A DNA stretch of 64,000 nt from Candidatus Bathyarchaeota archaeon (GCA_963782525.1 CAWAKC010000003.1:64001-128000), one strand, 5' to 3'. Shown: positions 50,217 to 58,629, counted from the first letter of the stretch. Numbers and translations: made by a program. The notes: generated by a model not told the origin, from the letters alone.

Positions 50217-50399
50217 TTATCTTACTGTTCCTGTTTTGGCTAAGAACTGTTTGATTAATTCTTCATCGTTCATTATGGGTTTAGAGTCGTGTTTTCTCAC
50301 TCGGCAAAGTAGGACCCGGAAGCCTTCGAGTTTGTCGCCTGTTTCTATGTATTTTTTGATAATTTGCCGTTCACTTGGAGTTAAGATATAGTCACGCAT
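50217..50399 (-). CDS. small putative DNA-binding protein
   Basis: MRDYILTPSERQII; GGTGA SD; reads toward proB. Confidence 0.7.
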   Translation of the reverse strand: MRDYILTPSERQIIKKYIETGDKLEGFRVLLCRVRKHDSKPIMNDEELIKQFLAKTGTVR

Positions 50400-50413
50400 T
50401 GTAAGTTTTCACC

Positions 50414-50522
50414 TGTGTATCATTGGTTGATATGGTTATTTAACCATTACTATTGTGTAACATTGGTTAATTTCAACCATAGTAACGCTTAAATAACACT
50501 TCTGTGTTACAATGATTGTAAC
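50414..50522. promoter_or_regulatory. divergent promoter region with three direct repeats
   Basis: TGTGTATCATTGGTT (50414), TGTGTAACATTGGTT (50454), TGTGTTACAATGATT (50503), plus TGGTT/AACCA dyads. Confidence 0.6.
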
Positions 50523-50538
50523 AAGGAATTGAAGCAAA

Positions 50539-50664
50539 ATGAGCGCACAAATAACCCAAACAAAAAAAGTCTGCCCTGAATGTGGCGGCAAACTCGAATA
50601 TAATATTGCTTATGGAACCGACGACTGCATTGAATGTGGTCACGTCGAAGGCAACAGCGACTAA
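50539..50664 (+). CDS. 41-aa zinc-ribbon peptide (not in ORF track)
   Basis: MSAQITQTKKVCPECGG...DCIECGH. Confidence 0.7.
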   Translation: MSAQITQTKKVCPECGGKLEYNIAYGTDDCIECGHVEGNSD

Positions 50665-50679
50665 GGAGCTGTGATTTAA

Positions 50680-50964
50680 TTGATAAAATACACTAAAGAA
50701 CAAATCAACACTATTCTAAACCTTGAAGGCTGGCTCAAAACCCAGATCGACGTCTTCAACCTCTACGCGGTCCTCACAATCGGCGTATCAAACAACTTTA
50801 AGGAATGGGAAGTTAAACAGAAAACCTACAGCGAAAAGCCACTATCCATAACTCTTGAGGACTTTGTCAACTGCACATCTAAAGCCGCTGTCAAAAAACA
50901 ATTCAAGAAGATCATGGCGAAAGCTGTTTCAGCGGCTATGTTTCCAGGAGACAAGGTTTTTTGA
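50680..50964 (+). CDS. hypothetical protein
   Basis: 94-aa ORF after GGAG. Confidence 0.6.
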   Translation: MIKYTKEQINTILNLEGWLKTQIDVFNLYAVLTIGVSNNFKEWEVKQKTYSEKPLSITLEDFVNCTSKAAVKKQFKKIMAKAVSAAMFPGDKVF

Positions 50965-51125
50965 CTTGTCTTTTCTGGGACCGCTGCCTTTCGCGGTCAA
51001 CTCATAGAAGCTTATGCAGTACTGATGGGTCAACCTGTAAAATTCACGTTGAAATCGAACGCCTCGAGAACATTGGCAAAAATAGAAATATAGTAATTCT
51101 CAACGTGTTTGGAGGTGAAAATTAA

Positions 51126-51278
51126 ATGAAAACATTTACATTCAACTTAAGCGCCAGAAAACTTCAAGCGTTAAATGAAAGAGCGGAGCTTATGGGAATA
51201 ACCCCAGAAAAGTTACTGTGCGATTTAATCAGCGAACATATCCAAAACACTGTTCTAGTGATTGCTGAAGACAGTTAA
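51126..51278 (+). CDS. ribbon-helix-helix (CopG-like) regulator, 50 aa (not in ORF track)
   Basis: GGAGGTGA SD; MKTFTFNLS..KLQALNERAELMGITPEKLL. Confidence 0.75.
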   Translation: MKTFTFNLSARKLQALNERAELMGITPEKLLCDLISEHIQNTVLVIAEDS

Positions 51279-51330
51279 GAAAAGACTTAACCCTCATTTT
51301 CTTTTTTTGTTAAAGTCACCGAATGTTTTA

Positions 51331-51390
51331 AGTGTGGATTGCGCTTGAGCGAGTTTTTACCCTCTTCTCAGCTCAAACGTAATTCACACT
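51331..51390 (+). other. 20-bp stem hairpin between convergent genes
   Basis: AGTGTGGATTGCGCTTGAGC / GCTCAAACGTAATTCACACT; 2 G-U pairs, 1 mismatch. Confidence 0.6.
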
Positions 51391-51449
51391 CCTGCCCATT
51401 TTAGAAACTTTAAAAGAAATTAAAATAAAAAAAATAAAAGAGTTGAAGT

Positions 51450-51755
51450 TTAGAAAGGCTTTGATATTCTGCCTAATCCATCGGTGGTGAAGGATTGGCT
51501 TTTTCCGGCTGAAAAAGGTATGCGTTCGGCAGGTTTTGCAGGTTCAGTCTTTGGCGTTGGCTCCGGTTCAATTTGTAATTGAATCATTTTGCCGCCGTAC
51601 AAAAACAGTTTGTCTGCGAATTGTATCGGCTTGAAATGCTCGACCCAATTGTCTAAGTCTAATTGATTTTTAAATATTAAAAAGTAATCAAAATGGTTTG
51701 GGTAGCCTACGCCTGACTTCAATGTTGGTTGTGTGATTGATTGTTTTTTGCTCAT
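51450..51755 (-). CDS. hypothetical protein
   Basis: 101 aa, GAGGTGA SD. Confidence 0.7.
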   Translation of the reverse strand: MSKKQSITQPTLKSGVGYPNHFDYFLIFKNQLDLDNWVEHFKPIQFADKLFLYGGKMIQLQIEPEPTPKTEPAKPAERIPFSAGKSQSFTTDGLGRISKPF

Positions 51756-51777
51756 TTTTTCACCTCTTTTTTCATGC

Positions 51778-52149
51778 CTATTTTTTGTTCTGGTCTATTT
51801 TCCAGGGGTTTTTTGCGTTATAATAATTATTCATTGGAACGTTAAACAAAGTATTGCCAATAGTGAGCTCTGGAAGAGGCTCTGGCATTGCAGTGTAGGT
51901 TGAATCTGTTGGTTTGATGATTTTTCCGCCTATCATGCCGGGCTTTTCCCCAAATACGGAATTGCCCAGGGTTAAGTGTTTGTTGTCGAGAGAATTTGGG
52001 ATTTCTTGACGTTGCGGTGCTTGGGTTTGTTGTCTGGTTTGAAGTCTTCCGAGGACAACATAGAGTTGTTCCAGAGAAAAATCGCTGTAAGAGTCGTTTT
52101 CCTTTGTGATTCCGTTGATTTCTCTTATTATTTTTTGCCGTTCGCTCAT
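51778..52149 (-). CDS. hypothetical protein
   Basis: 123 aa, internal LTLGNSVF/LTIGNTLF repeat. Confidence 0.65.
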   Translation of the reverse strand: MSERQKIIREINGITKENDSYSDFSLEQLYVVLGRLQTRQQTQAPQRQEIPNSLDNKHLTLGNSVFGEKPGMIGGKIIKPTDSTYTAMPEPLPELTIGNTLFNVPMNNYYNAKNPWKIDQNKK

Positions 52150-52213
52150 GTGGTTCGCTTCTAATTAATTTGGAGTTTATTCGAGGCTTTATGTCTAAAA
52201 ACGACATATTTTA

Positions 52214-52675
52214 TTATTCGTTTTCGCTTTGCTCGGCAAACGATCTATCTGTCCCTCTGAAAAGATAGGAGTCGAAGTGGGTATTTGTGCGACATCCGCC
52301 TTCCACGAAGCAGCGAACGCGGCAACCGTCCTCATATCCCATCGAAGAGTAAACTAAGTATTTTGAACCATGCAAACCGCACTTGTACTTTATTATTCTG
52401 CCCTGCTTGCCAAGGTCCAGCCGGCAAATTGCTAGTCCATGCCTAATCTTTTTTTGGCCATATTTCTGTAAGATACGTTGTTTATCGTCTTTGCTCCTTG
52501 AAAAATAGAAGCCTTGAATTATTTCTGTTAGTTCTGGGGCTGTTAGATAATTGCCTCTTCGACCTTGCCTTCTCTTTGGTTTTCCTGTTGAATTAAACTG
52601 GATTGTTGAGGCTTCAATTAGAAAAGGGTTGGTTGATGGTCGAAAGTTTAAGAGTTGGGTTTGGGTTTGCCTCAT
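52214..52675 (-). CDS. hypothetical basic protein with Cys/His cluster
   Basis: 153 aa. Confidence 0.6.
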   Translation of the reverse strand: MRQTQTQLLNFRPSTNPFLIEASTIQFNSTGKPKRRQGRRGNYLTAPELTEIIQGFYFSRSKDDKQRILQKYGQKKIRHGLAICRLDLGKQGRIIKYKCGLHGSKYLVYSSMGYEDGCRVRCFVEGGCRTNTHFDSYLFRGTDRSFAEQSENE

Positions 52676-52695
52676 ATGTCTCGAAAGGTTTGGTT

Positions 52696-53199
52696 TTAAC
52701 AGAGACTAAGCGGCCATCCATCATTTTTGTGCTTTAGTTTTTGTAGTTCGCTTTCACATCTCTTAAGATAATAGTATTCGTGCCTTGAAACGGCTATTTC
52801 GTGTTTGCTGATTATTTGTTTGTTTAAGATTTCAGCGTGTTCTTTGAGTTCTGTTAAAGCCATGTCTTCAAGGGCGGCGTCGCAGTAAGTTTTAGAAACT
52901 GCGTGTTGTTTCTCTAAGTGTTCTATGAAGTCGTCTGTGTTGTCGTATTCCCTGAAATGCTCAAATTCAATGGCTAGGTCAAGTGCGTCTGAGGCTGAGT
53001 GTTCGAGGCATCTTCTAACGCAACTGTATATAACTAGAACGTTATGTTTAGCGAGTGTTTGCTTGTAGGTTCCAACTTGCCGTAGATGTGAAAGAACGGT
53101 GTTAAAGCTGTGTTCGACTCGGTCAATTGAGACGCCTTTAGAAGTTACTGTTTGTTTCCTAATTTTTTTAATGTATGTTTTTTTAAAAGCCGATCTCAC
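52696..53199 (-). CDS. hypothetical protein
   Basis: 167 aa. Confidence 0.6.
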   Translation of the reverse strand: MRSAFKKTYIKKIRKQTVTSKGVSIDRVEHSFNTVLSHLRQVGTYKQTLAKHNVLVIYSCVRRCLEHSASDALDLAIEFEHFREYDNTDDFIEHLEKQHAVSKTYCDAALEDMALTELKEHAEILNKQIISKHEIAVSRHEYYYLKRCESELQKLKHKNDGWPLSLC

Positions 53200-53238
53200 G
53201 AAAACTTAGGTTTTATGGTGGTGTAAAAAAACAACCGC

Positions 53239-53514
53239 TCATTGCAAACCCGCTTCTTTAGCATGCTTGTTAATTAACGCGGCTAACTCTTCAGACCTGA
53301 CTAACTCTTCAATTTCAGCCATTTGTTTATCGTATCGTTGTTCAGGCGTCAAAAACCTATCTGCTATTTCTTCAAGTTTACTTAATTCAATTAGTTCCTT
53401 GAGTAAACAATCAAGGGCTTCTGATCTTTGCTTCTGTTCTTCAGCTTCTTTATCGGTTTGTGGCTGAATTTTCGCTTCAAGGCGAGCAACTTTGTTTTTT
53501 AAACTGCCACTCAT
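53239..53514 (-). CDS. hypothetical coiled-coil protein
   Basis: 91 aa, ATGA overlap with upstream gene. Confidence 0.7.
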   Translation of the reverse strand: MSGSLKNKVARLEAKIQPQTDKEAEEQKQRSEALDCLLKELIELSKLEEIADRFLTPEQRYDKQMAEIEELVRSEELAALINKHAKEAGLQ

Positions 53515-53768
53515 ATTTTACTCACCGTTTTCTCTAAGACTTCATGCCGCTGCTTAACCTGTTCAATATCTGCGTCGTTTAGGATTTTGCCGTATGCTTG
53601 AACTGCAGCGACAATTACTTTAGCCCATTTTTGCCGGTCAGAGTTAGAAGCTTTTTCCATATCGAATTTAGTCTTAGAAACGTCTATTACACCGCTTAAA
53701 CAGCGAAACAGCTTATCCCGTTGCTTCTTTGGTTCCAAGTTGCATGTATCTTGCGCCAATGTTATCAC
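53511..53768 (-). CDS. small helical protein
   Basis: 85 aa, RQKWAKVI...ILNDADIEQVKQR. Confidence 0.7.
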   Translation of the reverse strand: MITLAQDTCNLEPKKQRDKLFRCLSGVIDVSKTKFDMEKASNSDRQKWAKVIVAAVQAYGKILNDADIEQVKQRHEVLEKTVSKI

Positions 53769-53798
53769 ATCAAGTTTTTCGGTGATTACACCAAGTCT

Positions 53799-54110
53799 TT
53801 AGGTCTCGTCTTCTTTTGCTCTAACTTCTGCTATTTTTGCGCGAAGGTCTGTTAACTCCTTCTTAGTTAGCCGAGGAAATAATGTCAACGCTTTTTCATC
53901 TGAAGACCATTCAATTATCTGCCAAAACATTTCACGTGTTACAGCTAATTCTTGCTCGATTTTGGCTTCTTCCTCAGGAGTTAAGGTCTTCAGGTCTTCA
54001 TCCTCAGAGAGAAGATTACTTATCAATAAGTCTCGTAACTGTAGCCGTTCAAGTATTGGTAATTCGTTAAGTTTTTTCAATGTTATTTTTTCTTTATCTG
54101 ATTCGTCCAA
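53799..54110 (-). CDS. hypothetical acidic helical protein
   Basis: 103 aa. Confidence 0.65.
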   Translation of the reverse strand: MDESDKEKITLKKLNELPILERLQLRDLLISNLLSEDEDLKTLTPEEEAKIEQELAVTREMFWQIIEWSSDEKALTLFPRLTKKELTDLRAKIAEVRAKEDET

Positions 54111-54178
54111 GTTTTTTTACACCTTTCAATTTTTTAAATAAAAAAGAAAATTTGGTATAGTAACACAATAACACCTGT

Positions 54179-54295
54179 TTAAGCGCCTGTCTTTCTAATT
54201 ACCAGCCTACTGTTGCTGTAATTCTCGTTGAGCAGGTCTAAGAATCGTCTAGCAGAAGTTCCCCCAACTACTACCATAACATCGTTTCTTTCCAA
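54179..54295 (-). CDS. 38-aa peptide (not in ORF track)
   Basis: GGAGGTGA SD then TTG; MERNDVMVVVGGTSARRFLDLL... Confidence 0.5.
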   Translation of the reverse strand: MERNDVMVVVGGTSARRFLDLLNENYSNSRLVIRKTGA

Positions 54296-54321
54296 ACTCT
54301 CACCTCCCGTCCGCTCTCTCC

Positions 54322-56145
54322 TTAAATTAAACTAACTTTGTAATCCCCTGTTTTATCTCGTGACCGCGTTATGTATCCGGTATAACTCTCAAGTTTGCAG
54401 AGAACCCTTGAAGCTTTCATTTTTGCGCCTGAAAATACTTCGTTAGCAATTTCGGTTTGATAGGCTGAACCACCTTTTTCTCTTAGATAGCGTAACAGTT
54501 TAACAGCGATTATGCGATGCTCTTTTTCTTTGGGAAATATAGTCATCAACTCTAACTCCATGTCTTTTACTATTTGTTCCAGTCCAATCCATTGAGTGAT
54601 GTTCTGTTTTGTTATCATTGAGCCCTCAACACTGTTTTCCAGAGCTATGTTGATGTAGTTTTTGAATCGTCTCATTATTCCCCGGCTGAGTGCTGCGATT
54701 TCAGGGATAGCATCTTTTTCAAAAGGATTATTTAACGGAAATCGGGAGAAAAAGTAAGACGTCATTTCGTCAGGAGTGAATGGTTTTAAGTCTATAACTT
54801 TCATTTTACCTAAAAAATGATGTCCATAGAATAGTTCTGCTTGGAAGAAAATAATCAAATTACCTTTTTGATTGTATACTCCGTCGCAGCCGTTGGTGCA
54901 AAGGTTGTTTTCCCAGAACGCTTGAATACCGTTAAGGTCTTTAGTCATTTGGTTAATGGTTAATCGGCTGTAGTCGCACAGATCAAGAATGAAGCTTCCT
55001 GTAGTTTCTATCTCTTCCATTATCTGCTTATTTTTTATTAGATTAACTTTTGTGCTGCCAAGAGTTTTTTCCATTAAAGGACATAGGTTAATTATTTTAT
55101 GCCAGAGATCAAAGTTGTCTGTAACTGTTGAAGAATCATTTTTGCGTGTGAAGAGGTAGTAGTCTTTGATATCTGTTGCGCTGTCTAAGCCTATACGTTT
55201 GCGGATATATTCAGCGATGTCAAATATTGCGTTTGACTGTGTGTGTTGTTCTGCATCTTTCCAAAGAGTCTCAAAAAGTTCGTGTATATAGGATTCATCA
55301 TATTCATCAAGAAATGATGTATCTTTACTTATTTTTTCTGCTATGTCTGTTTTTGGCTTTCCAACCCATTTCCATGACTGGATTTTTATGCCGTTTTCGC
55401 GTAAGTAATTACTTAAGGCCTCTTTTAACGCTGTTTTTCCAACGCCTTGGAGACCTTTTACGCCTATTAGGTTTCCGTTAGTTTTGAGGAGTCTTTGTCT
55501 TAGATTTATTCCTTCTTTTGTCCAGAGATATTCCTCTTCTTCGTGTGATTCTGTGGTTAATCGACAGCTCCATTGATAGATTGCATCTCTTGTTTGATTT
55601 TTCCAGAAGGTAAGGGTTGCTTCATCTATTCTATTAACGGTTGGTTGGGGTGGTGTTATTGTGTTACTCGTTAGGGGAACGGTTTGAGGTTTACTTATCT
55701 GAATAGGAGTTGGTTGCACTGTTATTGTGTTACTGGGTGTTGATTCTTTCGAGTAATTGTTTATTATCTCGTCGTCGGTAACGTCTTTTCGGAATGGGTA
55801 GCTTGCTCTAAAATTCGCTATTATGCCCGCCCTTTCAGATTCTGGAATTGTTGTTTTGGTTGGTTGTCGCTCTGTATGTTTTTTTGAAAGGTTCGCCGTC
55901 ATTTCATCGTAGCTGTCATAGTTGTCATAGGTGTCATCGTCGTCTAATTCTTCTTCTTGATCTGGGTTTTGGGATTTATTGAAAGCTTCTACTGTTTCAT
56001 TTAGTCCCGGTGGGCTCGGTTCGCCTTCTTCTAAGCCGAGAATCTCTCGAATAGTCGCCACAAAAACCTCTGCCTCTGGATATCGACTATGAAAATAATC
56101 TATTGCTTCCTGAACTGTTTTAGGCTTCTGATTTACCTTTGACAT
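54322..56145 (-). CDS. P-loop AAA+-like ATPase with C-terminal wHTH (candidate replication initiator)
   Basis: GLQGVGKT, FILD, SRGIMRR sensor-like motif, C-terminal QTEIANEVF..KASRVL..LE; low-complexity N-terminus. Confidence 0.72.
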   Translation of the reverse strand: MSKVNQKPKTVQEAIDYFHSRYPEAEVFVATIREILGLEEGEPSPPGLNETVEAFNKSQNPDQEEELDDDDTYDNYDSYDEMTANLSKKHTERQPTKTTIPESERAGIIANFRASYPFRKDVTDDEIINNYSKESTPSNTITVQPTPIQISKPQTVPLTSNTITPPQPTVNRIDEATLTFWKNQTRDAIYQWSCRLTTESHEEEEYLWTKEGINLRQRLLKTNGNLIGVKGLQGVGKTALKEALSNYLRENGIKIQSWKWVGKPKTDIAEKISKDTSFLDEYDESYIHELFETLWKDAEQHTQSNAIFDIAEYIRKRIGLDSATDIKDYYLFTRKNDSSTVTDNFDLWHKIINLCPLMEKTLGSTKVNLIKNKQIMEEIETTGSFILDLCDYSRLTINQMTKDLNGIQAFWENNLCTNGCDGVYNQKGNLIIFFQAELFYGHHFLGKMKVIDLKPFTPDEMTSYFFSRFPLNNPFEKDAIPEIAALSRGIMRRFKNYINIALENSVEGSMITKQNITQWIGLEQIVKDMELELMTIFPKEKEHRIIAVKLLRYLREKGGSAYQTEIANEVFSGAKMKASRVLCKLESYTGYITRSRDKTGDYKVSLI

Positions 56146-56160
56146 TTTAAAAGCAGCCTA

Positions 56161-56385
56161 TTACTCTGTTGGGGTTGGGTTGGCGAAAACAATTTTGAGG
56201 TAGCGTTCGCTCCGGGTTTGAAAGATTATACGAGCATTGGTTTCTTCAAGTATGAATTTCTTGATTCGTTCAAACTCGGAGGCTGTAGTTTTTAGGATGC
56301 AGCCAGCGAAGTTTATGTTTTCGGCTGGGTCGATTGTGGGTTTAGAGTTTTTAAAATGGAATCCATATTCTTGTTCTTCAGTCAT
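56161..56385 (-). CDS. small hypothetical protein, first gene of leftward operon
   Basis: 74 aa. Confidence 0.65.
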   Translation of the reverse strand: MTEEQEYGFHFKNSKPTIDPAENINFAGCILKTTASEFERIKKFILEETNARIIFQTRSERYLKIVFANPTPTE

Positions 56386-56461
56386 TTCAATTCAATTCCT
56401 GAGCTTTTAGCTCAAACTATTTGGTCTAAAACTCTGCAACTAACCTACGCTTTGTTTTAGA

Positions 56462-56550
56462 GTATACCTCTCCAGACCGAGGTATACAATAGTATACTAC
56501 TCATAACCTTAATAAGTCTTTTTGCTTAGATTAAGTCTGGATGTGTATAC
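56462..56550. promoter_or_regulatory. operator array between divergent genes
   Basis: GTATACCTC-N8-GAGGTATAC; GTATAC at 56462, 56482, 56492, 56545. Confidence 0.6.
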
Positions 56551-56981
56551 TTGTGGTCGGTAAACTTGAGGTTGCGGCATTCATTGCAGAAAAGAAGAAA
56601 GCGACTTGGAGCGAATTAGTTAGGCAACTTGTTAATATTCCTTCAAAATTTGTTTGTCCTAGCTGCAAATCGTCGCGTATTGTTGAGGATCGGGAAGCTC
56701 AAGAATTTGTTTGTGTGGATTGCGGAATTGTTGTAAATTCTGGAAATCGAATAGCAAGACAAACTCTTCTTGATTATCTTAAGGCATTGATTAAAGAGGG
56801 GATCGTTGAAAAAGTGATTGATAAGGAAACGTTGAAACCTGTTTACCAAGTGACTGAAACGGGCCGCAAAAAGCTTAATGATTTACAAAATAAACAACGA
56901 GCAATTGAAATGATTCTTAAAACATCGGATCTTAGGCAAACATTAAAAGAAATTCTGAAAAACATGGAAAATAAAAGTTAG
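56541..56981 (+). CDS. wHTH regulator with inserted TFIIB-type zinc ribbon
   Basis: ATWSEL..[CPSCKSSRIVEDREAQEFVCVDCGIVV]..IARQTLLDYLKALIKEGIVEK...YQVTETG. Confidence 0.8.
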   Translation: MCILVVGKLEVAAFIAEKKKATWSELVRQLVNIPSKFVCPSCKSSRIVEDREAQEFVCVDCGIVVNSGNRIARQTLLDYLKALIKEGIVEKVIDKETLKPVYQVTETGRKKLNDLQNKQRAIEMILKTSDLRQTLKEILKNMENKS

Positions 56982-57013
56982 CTGTTTTTTAGTTTGGGTT
57001 TGTGTTTCATGGT

Positions 57014-58381
57014 TTAAGCCTGTTTTTTGTTGAGTATTTGTTTTGCTAAATCAAGCTCTTTCTGCAGTTTATCAGCTTCAGCCGTTAGGTATTGTTCAGA
57101 TTCCCGCGCTTGTTTGGCGAGCGGTGAATTGATGGCTTCAAGTTTTGGCGCTGTCTCTGCATGTAGGTCTCGAGTTCGACTGTAAACTCTTAGTTGTCTC
57201 TCAGCTATTCCTATTAATGGAGTCACAACTGTTCTTAAATCCAGTAATTCTTCTTTGAAGGCTTCAAGTTCTAAGCTTTTTTCCATTACATCTTTAACTA
57301 AAGCGTCGATTATTCGTTCTTTCACTTCAAAACGGTTCTGTAATTCAGTAAGTTTTTTAGAGTCTTCAGTGTTGGCGGTTTTTCCAGACATTTCTTCTTT
57401 AGAACTTTTCTCAATTTTCAAAAATTCCTCAGCACTCAAGTATAAAGCCCTCAGATCATCCGTTGGCATATTCAAGTAAGCCAAATTTTGAGCGCCTATA
57501 GAGTGACCCATCCAGAACTGTCTTAATTCTTGATCAATTTTCCCCATTAACCGAGAATTAAAAGCAGCCCTCAACGAATGAGGCCGCGCTGGGTTGAAGC
57601 CACCATTCTGTTTAATAAAACTCAAGTCCTTTGCCATTTCCGAAAAACTTTGCTGGACCGCACAATCGGTTATTCTTTCCTCACCACCTCTTAATCGTTC
57701 CTTAACAAACAAAGGACTTTCAGGGTTGAGGTCTTTTCTAGTCGCCAAATACAAGCGCAAATAATATACGGCGTCTCTACCAAAGAACGTTTTAAATTTT
57801 ATCTGAGTTTTCTTCCGTACAAGTTTTAGGTAAAGCGGCAAAGTTCCTTTTTCTAACTCTTCCTGGACGTCTCCATAATTCAATTCGATTATTTCATTGA
57901 TACCTAGCCCAGACTGGAATATGCAGAGGATTAAGGCTTTTTCGCGGTAACTTGGGGATTTATCGACAAACTCTTTTATTTGTTCTATATGCCATTCGTG
58001 TTTTTCATTGATTTTTTGACCAACCGGCGAGGGCATGTTCCCGATAAAATCCATAGAAACCATAATTTGCTTAAACTTTAAGAAATTCTGCATGGCTGCA
58101 AAGTAAACCCTAACTGAATTGTTAGAGTTCCCTTTTTGTTTTAGGAATTCAATGTATTCCTTTAATTCTGTTTCAGCGACGCGTTTACGTTCGCGGAGAG
58201 GCTTTTTGAATTCTTCAAAGATATTGTTTAAGAAATCGTTAAAGTTGTGGGTTTGTCCATATTTGCCTTGGTAATACTCTAAGAATAGTCTGAAGCCTGT
58301 TGCGTAGGCTTCGCGGGTTGGTTTGCTTTTGAATGATAGGTACTCTTCAACTTCTGCCTCGAATTTTGGTTTAATTACCAA
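57014..58381 (-). CDS. tyrosine integrase/recombinase
   Basis: N-terminal SAM-like domain, RKKT, PHSLR, WMGH, AY; first catalytic Arg position reads QSGLG; starts 59 bp from att. Confidence 0.9.
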   Translation of the reverse strand: MVIKPKFEAEVEEYLSFKSKPTREAYATGFRLFLEYYQGKYGQTHNFNDFLNNIFEEFKKPLRERKRVAETELKEYIEFLKQKGNSNNSVRVYFAAMQNFLKFKQIMVSMDFIGNMPSPVGQKINEKHEWHIEQIKEFVDKSPSYREKALILCIFQSGLGINEIIELNYGDVQEELEKGTLPLYLKLVRKKTQIKFKTFFGRDAVYYLRLYLATRKDLNPESPLFVKERLRGGEERITDCAVQQSFSEMAKDLSFIKQNGGFNPARPHSLRAAFNSRLMGKIDQELRQFWMGHSIGAQNLAYLNMPTDDLRALYLSAEEFLKIEKSSKEEMSGKTANTEDSKKLTELQNRFEVKERIIDALVKDVMEKSLELEAFKEELLDLRTVVTPLIGIAERQLRVYSRTRDLHAETAPKLEAINSPLAKQARESEQYLTAEADKLQKELDLAKQILNKKQA

Positions 58382-58435
58382 ACGTTAACCTCAGTTTAAT
58401 AGCGATTGCAACCTTAATAAAACTTGTTGTATTAC

Positions 58436-58465
58436 TTACTTAACAACTATTAATCTCGAAGGCAT
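58436..58465 (-). other. orphaned native 5' end of proB (MPSRLIVVK*)
   Basis: ATG CCT TCG AGA TTA ATA GTT GTT AAG TAA; joins proB body in frame at the att core. Confidence 0.88.
58440..58453. repeat. att core, right copy
   Basis: TTAACAACTATTAA identical to 50145-50158. Confidence 0.9.
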
Positions 58466-58629
58466 CACTCTATCACTTTTGGTTAGACTTATTTGAAATA
58501 GGGTTGGCTTGCTTAAAAATGCAACCAAACACGGAAACAAAAAATTTGTTTTCTATACTTAAAATTCATGTTTTTGATGTGTAACAGCTAATTTTTTTTG
58601 GAAAAATATATAAGGAATATGGACACCGC

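Larger units (their letters stand above)
50145..58453. mobile_element. 8.3-kb integrative element inserted in the 5' end of proB
   Basis: Exact 14-bp direct repeats, adjacent tyrosine integrase, small regulators, AAA ATPase, lower GC than flanks by eye. Confidence 0.9.
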
